64,000 nucleotides of DNA from a virus, in IMG/VR virus record IMGVR_UViG_3300050343_000163. One strand, written 5' to 3'. Each line of letters opens with the position of its first letter. The stretch's first letter is position 1. Made by a program: the position numbers and the translations under genes. Below, piece by piece: positions 55,608 to 64,000 of this stretch. The notes beneath the pieces are model-generated. The model did not search any database, was not told the origin of the DNA, and worked only from the letters and a program-made list of their open reading frames with translations.

Positions 55608-55886
55608 TCAGCAGACACAGGAGAAACCAGAGTAACGGTCAGGACACTTATCAGTGTGAAATGCAGTAACATCTGCACCACCAGCGATACGTGAGTTGAC
55701 CTCATGAGAGAAAGTCAGTGCTGTAATAGTTGACCATGATACCATGTCCTTACCATAATCGGAAGGGAAGGTCACACGCTTGACAAAACGCTTAACACAT
55801 GTTTTAATACCATGAACATCACATGCTTCAGCAATGAATGCTTCAGGGAAGAAGTCAACGATACAGACAGAGTTAGTGAGTTGCAT
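55608..55886 (-). CDS. Early hypothetical protein (VDFFPEAFIAE family, 92 aa)
   Basis: Start re-placed at ATG 55886 behind TATAAT at 55912-55917. Confidence 0.75.
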   Translation of the reverse strand: MQLTNSVCIVDFFPEAFIAEACDVHGIKTCVKRFVKRVTFPSDYGKDMVSWSTITALTFSHEVNSRIAGGADVTAFHTDKCPDRYSGFSCVC

Positions 55887-55965
55887 TGGGTGCTCCCTTG
55901 ATGACCTCTTTATTATAAGGGGTGCGGGGGTCATGCGGAGGGTCGAGTGGACACTAGCTCAACTG

Positions 55966-56181
55966 TCACCCATGGTTGTCCATAAACTCATCGAGTGTGT
56001 AACCTTCACCAGTTGATGTTTCTTCAATCAGTTCTTCAATATTGAGAAACTCCATCTTCAAACGATACTCCTCTGGTGTATCATCTTCTGGATCATAATC
56101 ATCATGGCAGAGATACTCCCATTCATGAACGAGTGCATCAATCAATTGTTCTTTGGTGTAAGTCATTAGCTCAATTGTCAT
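55966..56181 (-). CDS. Hypothetical protein (KEQLIDALVHEWEYLCHDD family)
   Basis: 71 aa, acidic. Confidence 0.75.
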   Translation of the reverse strand: MTIELMTYTKEQLIDALVHEWEYLCHDDYDPEDDTPEEYRLKMEFLNIEELIEETSTGEGYTLDEFMDNHG

Positions 56182-56198
56182 TGAAAATAGGAATGATG

Positions 56199-56510
56199 TC
56201 AGTTTTTGCGTGTACCGTTCTGTTTATGTGCTGTTCCCACGCTGCGGCATCGTCCAAATTGTAAAAGATCGCTTGCTGGCGGGACGTGCCCTTCTTTTTT
56301 GTTCTCATCCATACAACAGCGTATTTCATGCCAATAAGGAGGGTATACTAAAATGTTAACATAATGACGACCCCACCGCGAGTTTGCTGACTCAGGCAGT
56401 GGGATGTCTCTGAAGCAAATCGTTAGATAAGCATCATCGATGAAAGAAATGTAACCTGTAATGTCACGCCATTGTACAGGTTGAAGTAATGCAAAGTCAC
56501 TCTTTTTCAT
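56199..56510 (-). CDS. Hypothetical protein
   Basis: VQWRDITGYISFIDDAYLTIC...VNILVYP. Start re-placed at ATG 56510. Confidence 0.65.
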   Translation of the reverse strand: MKKSDFALLQPVQWRDITGYISFIDDAYLTICFRDIPLPESANSRWGRHYVNILVYPPYWHEIRCCMDENKKEGHVPPASDLLQFGRCRSVGTAHKQNGTRKN

Positions 56511-56706
56511 CAAACAACTTACGATCTTTGTTCTGTGGTTTTGGTAATCTGAACATCTCTTTGAGATCATTCAGTTCATTCAGTTGTGTCTGCAGTCTAT
56601 CGATTTGTGCCTGCAGAATCTGAAAATTCTGATCGTTGTTGTTCTGTACTGAATTTTGCATCTGCAGCATATTCTGAAGTGCTGCTTTGAATTCCTCTTC
56701 GTTCAT
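56497..56706 (-). CDS. Coiled-coil hypothetical protein
   Basis: 69 aa, Q/N-rich. Confidence 0.65.
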   Translation of the reverse strand: MNEEEFKAALQNMLQMQNSVQNNNDQNFQILQAQIDRLQTQLNELNDLKEMFRLPKPQNKDRKLFDEKE

Positions 56707-56857
56707 TGTGAATCAAATTAGTAAGTTGCCGTTCTAGTTCGACCTCAACCATGATAAGTTTATTAATCATGTAACCGTGATAGTCAATGCCATCAATCAG
56801 TTTGGTCACAGTATGTATATCCTGTAATGCAAGCAGGATTCTCTCTTTTTTGTCCAT
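56597..56857 (-). CDS. Hypothetical protein
   Basis: MDKKERILLALQDI...VELERQLTN. TGATG overlap with the upstream stop. Confidence 0.6.
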   Translation of the reverse strand: MDKKERILLALQDIHTVTKLIDGIDYHGYMINKLIMVEVELERQLTNLIHNERRGIQSSTSEYAADAKFSTEQQRSEFSDSAGTNR

Positions 56858-57099
56858 CAAAATCTATCAGGAAGAGGACTATAACCAAGCATGTAACTTT
56901 TTAGTTCTATGTAACGTGCTCGATGTTTTTCATGATAGTCTGCTAGCTGTTGAATAACTACCAGCATTTCTTCGTATACGTATCGTGGATCAGTATTGTC
57001 TCCAAAACCATCTTGAAGATAGTCTTCGATACATTCTTGTAATCGATCCCTACGATGTTCTTCATAGGTGGTATCAGCACCAACAATAGGTGTGCTCAT
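56857..57099 (-). CDS. Hypothetical protein
   Basis: RRDRLQECIEDYL motif, ATGA-coupled. Confidence 0.7.
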   Translation of the reverse strand: MSTPIVGADTTYEEHRRDRLQECIEDYLQDGFGDNTDPRYVYEEMLVVIQQLADYHEKHRARYIELKSYMLGYSPLPDRF

Positions 57100-57284
57100 A
57101 AAAGTTCCTCATTACGACGACGGTCTAAGTATTCAATGATCTCTCCACGCCATTCTAGCAGTTCATGATAGCATTGCTGATCATGTGCAGCTTCACGTAG
57201 CTTATGATCTGGTTTTAGAACACTCTCATAAAAAATAAAGAATGAATCTTTGCGTTTTTCTTCCTTAGTAGTGTCCCAGTCCAT
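57096..57284 (-). CDS. Hypothetical protein (FYESVLKPDH family, 62 aa)
   Basis: Start re-placed at ATG 57284 (MDWDTTKEEKRKD). Confidence 0.7.
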   Translation of the reverse strand: MDWDTTKEEKRKDSFFIFYESVLKPDHKLREAAHDQQCYHELLEWRGEIIEYLDRRRNEELL

Positions 57285-57337
57285 ATTATACTCGGTTTCT
57301 AGTGGTTTACAGTGTTTTAAGGGGAAATCGAAACAAA

Positions 57338-57622
57338 TTAATTTACAGTTGGAGGACCAGCAGGACCCCAACCATCATCTTCAGGCACACAATCGTCTTC
57401 GTCTACCTGATCAATTGATCCAATGTCACAAACTGGCACCTCATGCTCACCACCAATCAAATACCATGGCATAATATCTCCATGGTATTCAGGATGAGCA
57501 GCATAATGTGTTGTGTATTCTTTATCACCAATATATTTGATCTGATCCTCAGGGATTGAATTTTCCCTCAGAATAGCTTGGATCTGCATATGTGTGAGTT
57601 CTGGTTTGTTAGGAACCTTCAT
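57338..57622 (-). CDS. Hypothetical protein, first gene of the early region
   Basis: 94 aa behind a consensus sigma70 promoter. Confidence 0.75.
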   Translation of the reverse strand: MKVPNKPELTHMQIQAILRENSIPEDQIKYIGDKEYTTHYAAHPEYHGDIMPWYLIGGEHEVPVCDIGSIDQVDEDDCVPEDDGWGPAGPPTVN

Positions 57623-57643
57623 AGTTTAATGCTGGATGAAGAC

Positions 57644-57672
57644 ATACTACCACACCATCAATGGCGTGTCAA
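57644..57672 (-). promoter_or_regulatory. sigma70 promoter TTGACA-17-TAGTAT
   Basis: -35 at 57667-57672, -10 at 57644-57649. Confidence 0.8.
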
Positions 57673-58031
57673 CCTGCAGGTGGTGTTGGATCTGCGTTAA
57701 CGTATGGGATGCCACCATTAGGTTTGATCACATATGCTGGAATGTGATGGTCAGCATCAGGGCAATTCTGTGGTTGTGGGAACCAGTCGTAACAACTGTC
57801 CACTGCAGTCTGCTCATTGGGGAAATAATAGTATACTGTCTTTAGTTCAAAGATCCTATCGATCTCTGCTTCTGGCATGATATCCTCATACCACGTAAAG
57901 ACTTCTGCTTTCTTTGTAGTAGACAGTGTGTGATACTTACTATTATCAACAACAATAACACACTTATTAGCTACAGCAGCATAGTCTGCTACTAGCATTG
58001 CTTCTGTTTTGGGATTAAATGAAATTAACAT
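57669..58031 (-). CDS. Hypothetical protein of the tail-collar module
   Basis: 120 aa. Its start overlaps the chaperone gene stop. Confidence 0.75.
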   Translation of the reverse strand: MLISFNPKTEAMLVADYAAVANKCVIVVDNSKYHTLSTTKKAEVFTWYEDIMPEAEIDRIFELKTVYYYFPNEQTAVDSCYDWFPQPQNCPDADHHIPAYVIKPNGGIPYVNADPTPPAG

Positions 58032-58852
58032 TACCCGATCTCTCCGTCTTCAATCATTTCTAGAACAGTATCAAGGGAAGCATCACCTGTTGCTGGTTTG
58101 TATACCTTGGTAACAGGCATGTCATCGATTGCTGCTGTAGAGATTGCAATTGCAAGATAATTAGTAATTCTATCCGCAAACTTACTGTATACTACCTGAT
58201 TCATTCTATAAAAATGATCATTTTGATCAGATAGATACTCCTTGCCATCTGCCATTGCTTCATGCTTAGATGGTGTTACTGGGAACACAACCATGTTAGC
58301 AGCAATCTCTTTTTGTTCGTCTGGCATATCTCTTAGCTTCGCACGATATGCTCTCCAATTTGTTTTTTGATCATCAGTGAGTGGTGCATCACCTAGTTGT
58401 GTCCAATCACTGTCACTAAGTAAGAAGTTTCTAATTAGTGATACCTTATTCCAGTTAAGAATAGCAGACTTAGCAAACTGACCTGCTAGTGATCTCTCTA
58501 GATCATTCTCTTGTCCTACTCTATACTCTGTATACTTCTCCATGAGACGAGTACATAGAGTATCTACTTCACTGGGGAAAGGTGATAAGTCAAACTGATA
58601 AGAGACCCACTTGTATACACCAGTCTTTTGCTGACGTTGATACTTGGTCTTGTTCATTTTTGTAGTACCATCCTTGTACTTAACAAAGACTTCTAACTTA
58701 TCTTTATCAGAATCCCATAGAGGATACAGGATAGGAACAATGTTTGCTACCCAATATTCATCGTCAAATGTTTTGATAACACCGTCTACTTGAATGTTCT
58801 TATCAAATGCATTCAAGTATAATGCTGTTTTTGCTGGTGATGCGATTTCCAT
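58031..58852 (-). CDS. Tail-fibre assembly chaperone (Phage_tail_APC-like domain)
   Basis: RNFLLSDSDWTQLGDAPL...WRAYRAKLRDMP. Confidence 0.8.
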   Translation of the reverse strand: MEIASPAKTALYLNAFDKNIQVDGVIKTFDDEYWVANIVPILYPLWDSDKDKLEVFVKYKDGTTKMNKTKYQRQQKTGVYKWVSYQFDLSPFPSEVDTLCTRLMEKYTEYRVGQENDLERSLAGQFAKSAILNWNKVSLIRNFLLSDSDWTQLGDAPLTDDQKTNWRAYRAKLRDMPDEQKEIAANMVVFPVTPSKHEAMADGKEYLSDQNDHFYRMNQVVYSKFADRITNYLAIAISTAAIDDMPVTKVYKPATGDASLDTVLEMIEDGEIG

Positions 58853-58854
58853 GT

Positions 58855-59466
58855 CTATACTGTTTTATGAATCCATCCTGTCAAGATGTATTTATCTTGT
58901 GAGAACACAGTATTTCCTCTGTGTGTATGAGTAAATCCTGCTGGCCAGATTACAATCCTACCTTTCTTCGGTTGAATCCTACGTTTTTGATAGATAAACT
59001 CTGTTTCTGCTTCACCATCAGGCATATCATTAAGATAGATTGTCCATACTAACTCACGACTAGCAGCAAAATAAGATGATGTTTCGTAATGCCATTCATG
59101 ATAACCACCACGAGGAGGTGTTAGTTGAAACTTAATAATATTTGTAAGCATCTTTGTTGGTTTCAATGCAGCATACTCAATGACATAGCTTGAGACACAA
59201 CATTTTAGATATTCTCTTACTTGATTAGATAAATGACTCTCGTGCTCATTAAACAAGTATTGAAAGTCACTACGACCTAACTTAGCACTTGGAAACTGTG
59301 TAGAACCATTGTCTACATTCATCCAACCATTATTGTGTCTTGCCTCTAGACATTTACGAATGATATCATCACACATTTCTTTTGGCATGAAACCATCCCA
59401 TACACCGATAAAGTCACGAAAATCACCAACCAGTTTCTCTGGAGGAAATATAAATTGTTCTGCCAT
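58855..59466 (-). CDS. 2OG-Fe(II) oxygenase (prolyl-4-hydroxylase-like)
   Basis: GGYHEWHYE...LVWTIYLND...ETEF...IWPAGFTHTHRG...KYILTGW. Confidence 0.9.
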   Translation of the reverse strand: MAEQFIFPPEKLVGDFRDFIGVWDGFMPKEMCDDIIRKCLEARHNNGWMNVDNGSTQFPSAKLGRSDFQYLFNEHESHLSNQVREYLKCCVSSYVIEYAALKPTKMLTNIIKFQLTPPRGGYHEWHYETSSYFAASRELVWTIYLNDMPDGEAETEFIYQKRRIQPKKGRIVIWPAGFTHTHRGNTVFSQDKYILTGWIHKTV

Positions 59467-59470
59467 TATT

Positions 59471-62400
59471 TTAGATTGCCTTGATCAAATATTTTACTCT
59501 ATGATACTTAGTAATTAGCGGAATATCACTTTCTGATACAACCGTTGCTGTAGTAACAATAGGTGTAGATGATGACATTGTAAACGTTCCATCCGTAACT
59601 GTCAAGGCTGCATCTCTTGCAGTAACCTCACGTCTTACTTGACTGATACCTACATCCGAGTTAATTGGAGCTCCAGCATCATCTAAGTTACCTTGTAGAG
59701 ATGCGCCGCCAGTAGATATAAAAGTATTTTGTGTTGTTGGAGCATAGAATAATGTAATAGCAGCAAGACCATAGTTATCAGCACCAGCTGTAGCATTGTC
59801 ATTTGCACCATTTGGTCTATCTTGTGATAATATAAGTGTCATGCCATCGTCTCTGATGGGAGAACCTTCTGCTAATGGTATATCAATTGCTTGCCATCCA
59901 GATTCACTACTAGAAGCAAGTAAGATTTCTTGGAACAGTGTAGTGTTTGTTGATCCTTGTTTTTGATAGTATAAATTTATCGCTTCATCTGGTGTTTCAC
60001 CACCATTAACTGAATTACCCCTAATAATAGTAAACCTTATTGCATTTACAGTTGATAATGCAAGTGTTCCTACTACTAATTGTCTATCACCACTTGCTGC
60101 AGTTGCAGCACCAGTAAATTTAATATACTGTGTGATTTTATTTTGTCCTGCAAAAGGAATATTTGCGGATGAGAATCCAGCACTGTTACCAGTACCAATA
60201 CCAAAACCAATTTGTTTTAGATTATCATCAGTAGAAGATTGCCAAATATTTCCATCTTTAGGAGCACCACTTGGTGTACCATTTGCAGATCCATCATAAT
60301 ACTTACCAGTTGGAATTGTAGTTTCACCTGGTAGTGTAGTACCTGCTTCTTGACCAGCATATCTCACATAAACTTGACCATTACCACCATCTTGTGCTAG
60401 TCCACCACCATTACCAGCAGCTTGTAATGTTGCAACAACAGGAGCAACAATGTCATTAATTTCAATAGAAATTGTTGCACCTTGACCACCAGCACCACCA
60501 ACAGGATCATATTGTAGTGTTGTTCTACTGAATTGAATTTTAACAAAACCATTTGATGATGGGAGAGCACCTACAGAATCCAAACTTACAGCACCAGACC
60601 AGAAATCAGTTCTATATGCTGAAGCACCACGACGACCACCTGTACCGCCACCATTACCATTGTGACCGACACCTGCCTGACCACCTACACCACCCGATGC
60701 TTGTCCAGTGACACCACAACCACAACCACCACCTGCACCAGATCCTGCGGTACAACTACCAGAAGATCCGTTAGCACCATCAGTAAAGTCAAGAGCACTA
60801 CTAGATGCGATTAGACCTTGAGAAGAAGCTTGATTGTCTCCACCAGGATAGCAACCATCAGTAGTACCACCACCGTTGAAACCACCACCTGATCCACCGC
60901 CGCCGCCTCCACCGCCAGCTCCAGCAATAGCAACACCATCATAAAATAAACCTGTAACACCACCGCCACCGCCACCAGTTGCGCCGTTACCCCATGCACC
61001 AACACCAGAAGATCCACCTTGGGTTCCACCAGCACCATTTCCTCCACCAGCAGAACCTGCTTCAGAACCAGTTCCATTGTTACCATCTACATTGTTAAAT
61101 CCAGCTCCACCACCTTGACCAATTTCCCAATTTAGTGTTCCTCCTTGCTGTTGTAATGATCCTATTAATCTTGCACCTCTACCACCATAACCACCACTAG
61201 CACCAGTCTTGCCACCAGTTGATGTTGGCCAACCTGGCCATGATGCACTACATCCAGAGTTAGCATTTGGGTTGCCAGAACCACCACCACCGCCACCTAC
61301 TTGAATGCTAATACTTCTACTTTGCTCTCCTGCAGCTGCAACAGGGACACTCCAAGAACCATTGCTAGTAAATGTTTGTTCTGGTTCATTAATTGTAGCT
61401 TGGAATCCAGTTGCTTGACCATTGCCACCTTTGTTGAAAGCTTGTGGACTTTGACCTCCACCACCACCAAGAGTGAAAGACGTGGAAGATCCACCACCAC
61501 CGCCTTGTTCACCATCAATACCTTCTGTAATTGTAATATTAAATCTACTATCTGTTGCTAATGAAGCAGGGATTGATAATGTTCCACCATCTCCAGCTGC
61601 ACCACCACTATTTCCAGCTTGTCCACCTTTACCACCAAATGCAGTGATAGTATACAATTGACCATCAACGTCAAGAGTAAGTGAAGCGGATCCACCATCT
61701 GAACCATCGTTATCACTATCAGCACCGCCACCACCAGGTGCGGTCATTACTGCTTCAATTCCAATAACATCACCTAATGATGGTGAAGGAACACTAATAG
61801 TTCTACTTTCTGGTGATGTGATAATATCTTCCTTTAGAGTAGTAGCATTTCCTGGAATTTCAAACTCTGCTTGCTTACCACCAACTAATGTGTTACCATC
61901 AACAACATATACTCTTGGTGCTTGAGTAGTTTCAGTCTCTACAAAATATCCATTTGCTAATTTTACATTTGCACCTGCTCCAAGTGTAGCTGGACTAATA
62001 CCAGGAATTTCTCCTGTTCTAGGTAATACATTAAAATTCGCTCCACCTAATCCAGGAGCAATAACAGTAAAGGTGCCACTATATGTAAGTGGAGTTGCTC
62101 CACTAACAGAAATGTTATCACCTACACCAAATCCATGATTTCCATCAGTATTGATAGTAATATAACCAGTACCAGAATCATATGTCATTGTCAATAGATT
62201 CAAAGCTGCAGATTCTGATACAGAATAGTTGTAAGATGCATCTCTATCACCAATTCCAGGAACGTTTCCATATGTTGCCATGGCAGCACTTGGTAGTGCT
62301 GTTCCAATAATACCATGAGAGTGTCCTAATGCAGATCCAGAAGCACCTTCTGGTTCAAACAGACTGATGTTTGCTCTACCATTAATATAGTTAACAGCAA

Positions 62401-63409
62401 ATTTATCTACTTCAGATGGTCCTAGCTCTGCTTGTTTGGTTTCATCAACCTCTACCGATAGGATTCTATGGTTATGCTCAGGTGGGAATGGGAATGTATA
62501 GTCGTCCATTGGACCCACTCTATACTTAACACTACCAACAGTGTATGCAGTAATGTCAGCAACAATATCACTGTATCCTGTTGTTTTTACGTCACCAACG
62601 TTAAAAAATTCTCCACTATCAATCAGTGTGTTCTTAGCAATGTACCACTGTCCACCAGTTTGTCCTACAAAGTTATTAATAGCATTTTGTGGTGTTGCTG
62701 TACCAGCACCATTAACATTACCAAATCCTAAAATCTTCCTATTTCTATAATCTGGTAACTTGAAAGTACCAATATTATAAGGATAATCTCTAATAGAAAA
62801 TGATTTTTGAATTACAATTTGTGGATGTAATGCAGAAGATGGAGTAACAAATGACCATGTATATTGTGATGTTGGGAATGTAGATACATCAACAGTATCA
62901 GGAACTACTACTTCATATGCAAACTCATCTGTTTGTGCCTGACCACTTACATCTTCAGTTGGTTCTTTTAATGAATAAAAAGTAGTTGTATTAAAAATGC
63001 CATTAGCTGTGGGAAACTGTCCCAATAACTCAAATCTCATTGCAGAGTTATAAGGATAAGGCATCTGTACGTTTACCTTATCATTAGTAGCATCCTTATA
63101 AAACTGAAAGAATACTTTATTGTTAATAATATATGATCTTCTTAATCCACCAGGATTTGCAGATTGAGTAATAGTTACCGCAGCTGCGCCACCATATCTA
63201 TTTCTGATGATAGAATATAATTCTGGATAGTCTCTGATATTTACTTCACTGCCATCACAATATAGATGACTTTGATAACTATATTCTGGATTCTCACCAT
63301 CAGTCTGTTGATCAGTACCAACAAACACAGGAAGAATCGTACCAACAGGGGTGTGTTTTCCACCCTTATCAGACAAGTAATTAGCGTATGAATCCCTATA
63401 TGATGCCAT
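59471..63409 (-). CDS. Tail-collar-domain fibre protein, glycine-rich (1312 aa)
   Basis: PVGTILP...YLYCDGS...YPELYSIIRNRYGG and FKLPDYRNRKILG collar motifs, HNH/HSH knots, long GGGG tracts, C-terminal YHRVKYLIKA. Confidence 0.85.
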   Translation of the reverse strand: MASYRDSYANYLSDKGGKHTPVGTILPVFVGTDQQTDGENPEYSYQSHLYCDGSEVNIRDYPELYSIIRNRYGGAAAVTITQSANPGGLRRSYIINNKVFFQFYKDATNDKVNVQMPYPYNSAMRFELLGQFPTANGIFNTTTFYSLKEPTEDVSGQAQTDEFAYEVVVPDTVDVSTFPTSQYTWSFVTPSSALHPQIVIQKSFSIRDYPYNIGTFKLPDYRNRKILGFGNVNGAGTATPQNAINNFVGQTGGQWYIAKNTLIDSGEFFNVGDVKTTGYSDIVADITAYTVGSVKYRVGPMDDYTFPFPPEHNHRILSVEVDETKQAELGPSEVDKFAVNYINGRANISLFEPEGASGSALGHSHGIIGTALPSAAMATYGNVPGIGDRDASYNYSVSESAALNLLTMTYDSGTGYITINTDGNHGFGVGDNISVSGATPLTYSGTFTVIAPGLGGANFNVLPRTGEIPGISPATLGAGANVKLANGYFVETETTQAPRVYVVDGNTLVGGKQAEFEIPGNATTLKEDIITSPESRTISVPSPSLGDVIGIEAVMTAPGGGGADSDNDGSDGGSASLTLDVDGQLYTITAFGGKGGQAGNSGGAAGDGGTLSIPASLATDSRFNITITEGIDGEQGGGGGSSTSFTLGGGGGQSPQAFNKGGNGQATGFQATINEPEQTFTSNGSWSVPVAAAGEQSRSISIQVGGGGGGSGNPNANSGCSASWPGWPTSTGGKTGASGGYGGRGARLIGSLQQQGGTLNWEIGQGGGAGFNNVDGNNGTGSEAGSAGGGNGAGGTQGGSSGVGAWGNGATGGGGGGVTGLFYDGVAIAGAGGGGGGGGSGGGFNGGGTTDGCYPGGDNQASSQGLIASSSALDFTDGANGSSGSCTAGSGAGGGCGCGVTGQASGGVGGQAGVGHNGNGGGTGGRRGASAYRTDFWSGAVSLDSVGALPSSNGFVKIQFSRTTLQYDPVGGAGGQGATISIEINDIVAPVVATLQAAGNGGGLAQDGGNGQVYVRYAGQEAGTTLPGETTIPTGKYYDGSANGTPSGAPKDGNIWQSSTDDNLKQIGFGIGTGNSAGFSSANIPFAGQNKITQYIKFTGAATAASGDRQLVVGTLALSTVNAIRFTIIRGNSVNGGETPDEAINLYYQKQGSTNTTLFQEILLASSSESGWQAIDIPLAEGSPIRDDGMTLILSQDRPNGANDNATAGADNYGLAAITLFYAPTTQNTFISTGGASLQGNLDDAGAPINSDVGISQVRREVTARDAALTVTDGTFTMSSSTPIVTTATVVSESDIPLITKYHRVKYLIKAI

Positions 63410-63413
63410 CTGT

Positions 63414-64000
63414 TTAATACTTAATCAAAAACTCTTGAACTAAAAATGGTTGAATATAACCATCTGCTTTATTTTCTTCATTGATATCTATCTGAATAAT
63501 AGATACAATGTCTGTAGCAGGAACGTTTACCGCATTTGTTTTTACCTCATAGGTATGATCATCTTGTTCAAAAGGAACAAAGTGTCTGTGATTACATTCA
63601 TTACCAAATGATTCTACATCATTAACTACATTATTAACTGCACCAAAAGTTGCTACGTTTGGTTGAGAATCAAAAGGAAGTTGAGTTGCTTGACTGACAG
63701 TTGATGGTGTATAGTTAGCATCTACTTGCACTAAACCATCTTTATCATTACAGTAAATAGGACCAATAATACATGGGTCTTCAACAGTACATCCCATAAG
63801 ACCACTGTAATTGATATTACCACATTGTCCGCTGTCTTCATTCCAAACAGCAAATCCACCTTGGGATCCACCAGTAGCACAACCAAATGTACCTTGATCA
63901 GGAATATTTCCAGGAATCAAACACTTACTTTGTTGATCAAAAGTACAACCAGACCAACATGCACCATAATAAATTCTTTTGTTACCACCGAAAATACATC
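63414..64000 (-). CDS. C-terminal part of another tail-collar/fibre protein (starts beyond the window)
   Basis: The frame stays open to 64000. Cys-rich segment, NHRH knot, ending QPFLVQEFLIKY. Confidence 0.75.
   Translation of the reverse strand, partial: CIFGGNKRIYYGACWSGCTFDQQSKCLIPGNIPDQGTFGCATGGSQGGFAVWNEDSGQCGNINYSGLMGCTVEDPCIIGPIYCNDKDGLVQVDANYTPSTVSQATQLPFDSQPNVATFGAVNNVVNDVESFGNECNHRHFVPFEQDDHTYEVKTNAVNVPATDIVSIIQIDINEENKADGYIQPFLVQEFLIKY

Larger units (their letters stand above)
47344..55969 (-). repeat. Family of 13 early-promoter cassettes: 22-bp palindromic box GTG(A/C)CA(G/C)T(T/A)-N4-AACTG(G/T)CAC, 29-31 nt from a -10 hexamer
   Basis: Boxes (gap to -10): 47381-47402 (31), 47603-47624 (30), 47874-47895 (31), 48472-48493 (30), 48859-48880 (30), 49112-49133 (31), 49371-49392 (30), 49697-49718 (29), 49949-49970 (29), 50560-50581 (41), 54959-54980 (30), 55221-55242 (30), 55948-55969 (30). 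The -10 is TATAAT in most copies, with TATTAT, TAGGAT or TATACT in three. Confidence 0.85.

Noticed and set aside
47381-55969. Repeated palindromes as a CRISPR-like or integron attC array
   Set aside because: The copies are degenerate, separated by whole genes of variable length and tied to -10 elements. No cas or integrase gene is present. A promoter-box reading fits better.
47381-55969. Box as an NtcA (GTA-N8-TAC) or CRP (TGTGA-N6-TCACA) site
   Set aside because: Half-site sequence and spacing (9-4-9, GTG.CAG...CTG.CAC) match neither consensus.
59471-63409. Gly-rich tracts as collagen-like repeats
   Set aside because: They are poly-Gly/GGxGG runs, not Gly-X-Y triplets, and are common in phage fibres.
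1-64000. tRNA, rRNA or known riboswitch genes
   Set aside because: No cloverleaf or T-loop/CCA pattern was recognised in the few intergenic gaps. tRNAscan/Infernal were not run.

Overview
A 64-kb segment of a T4-like marine cyanomyovirus genome (Kyanoviridae-type, Synechococcus/Prochlorococcus host inferred). Essentially every real gene is on the minus strand. In transcription order (right to left) it contains: (1) a tail-collar/fibre module with a tail-assembly chaperone and a 2OG-Fe(II) oxygenase (57.7-64 kb); (2) an early accessory region of about 40 small ORFs (46.9-57.6 kb) with sigma70-like promoters, 13 of them carrying a 22-bp palindromic box at nearly fixed distance, plus an orphan HicA-like RNase, an AbrB/MazE-fold protein, a DUF3574 protein, an HExxH protein and a repeat-rich non-coding stretch that may be an origin; (3) the late baseplate/tail block under T4-type late promoters: PAAR-like, gp25, gp6, a 3424-aa gp7, gp8, VrlC-like, 1795-aa and 3492-aa fibre/spike proteins, a propeller protein, a peptidase-U32/SAM-methyltransferase fusion, another 2OG oxygenase and the start of gp13. 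The most striking observation is four copies of a helical domain, two in gp7 and two in the 3492-aa fibre. They align by eye with phycobiliprotein subunits, including the Cys-x-Arg-Asp chromophore site and a second Cys matching beta-155, which suggests possibly bilin-binding virion proteins. All homology calls are by eye and from recalled family motifs; no searches were run.
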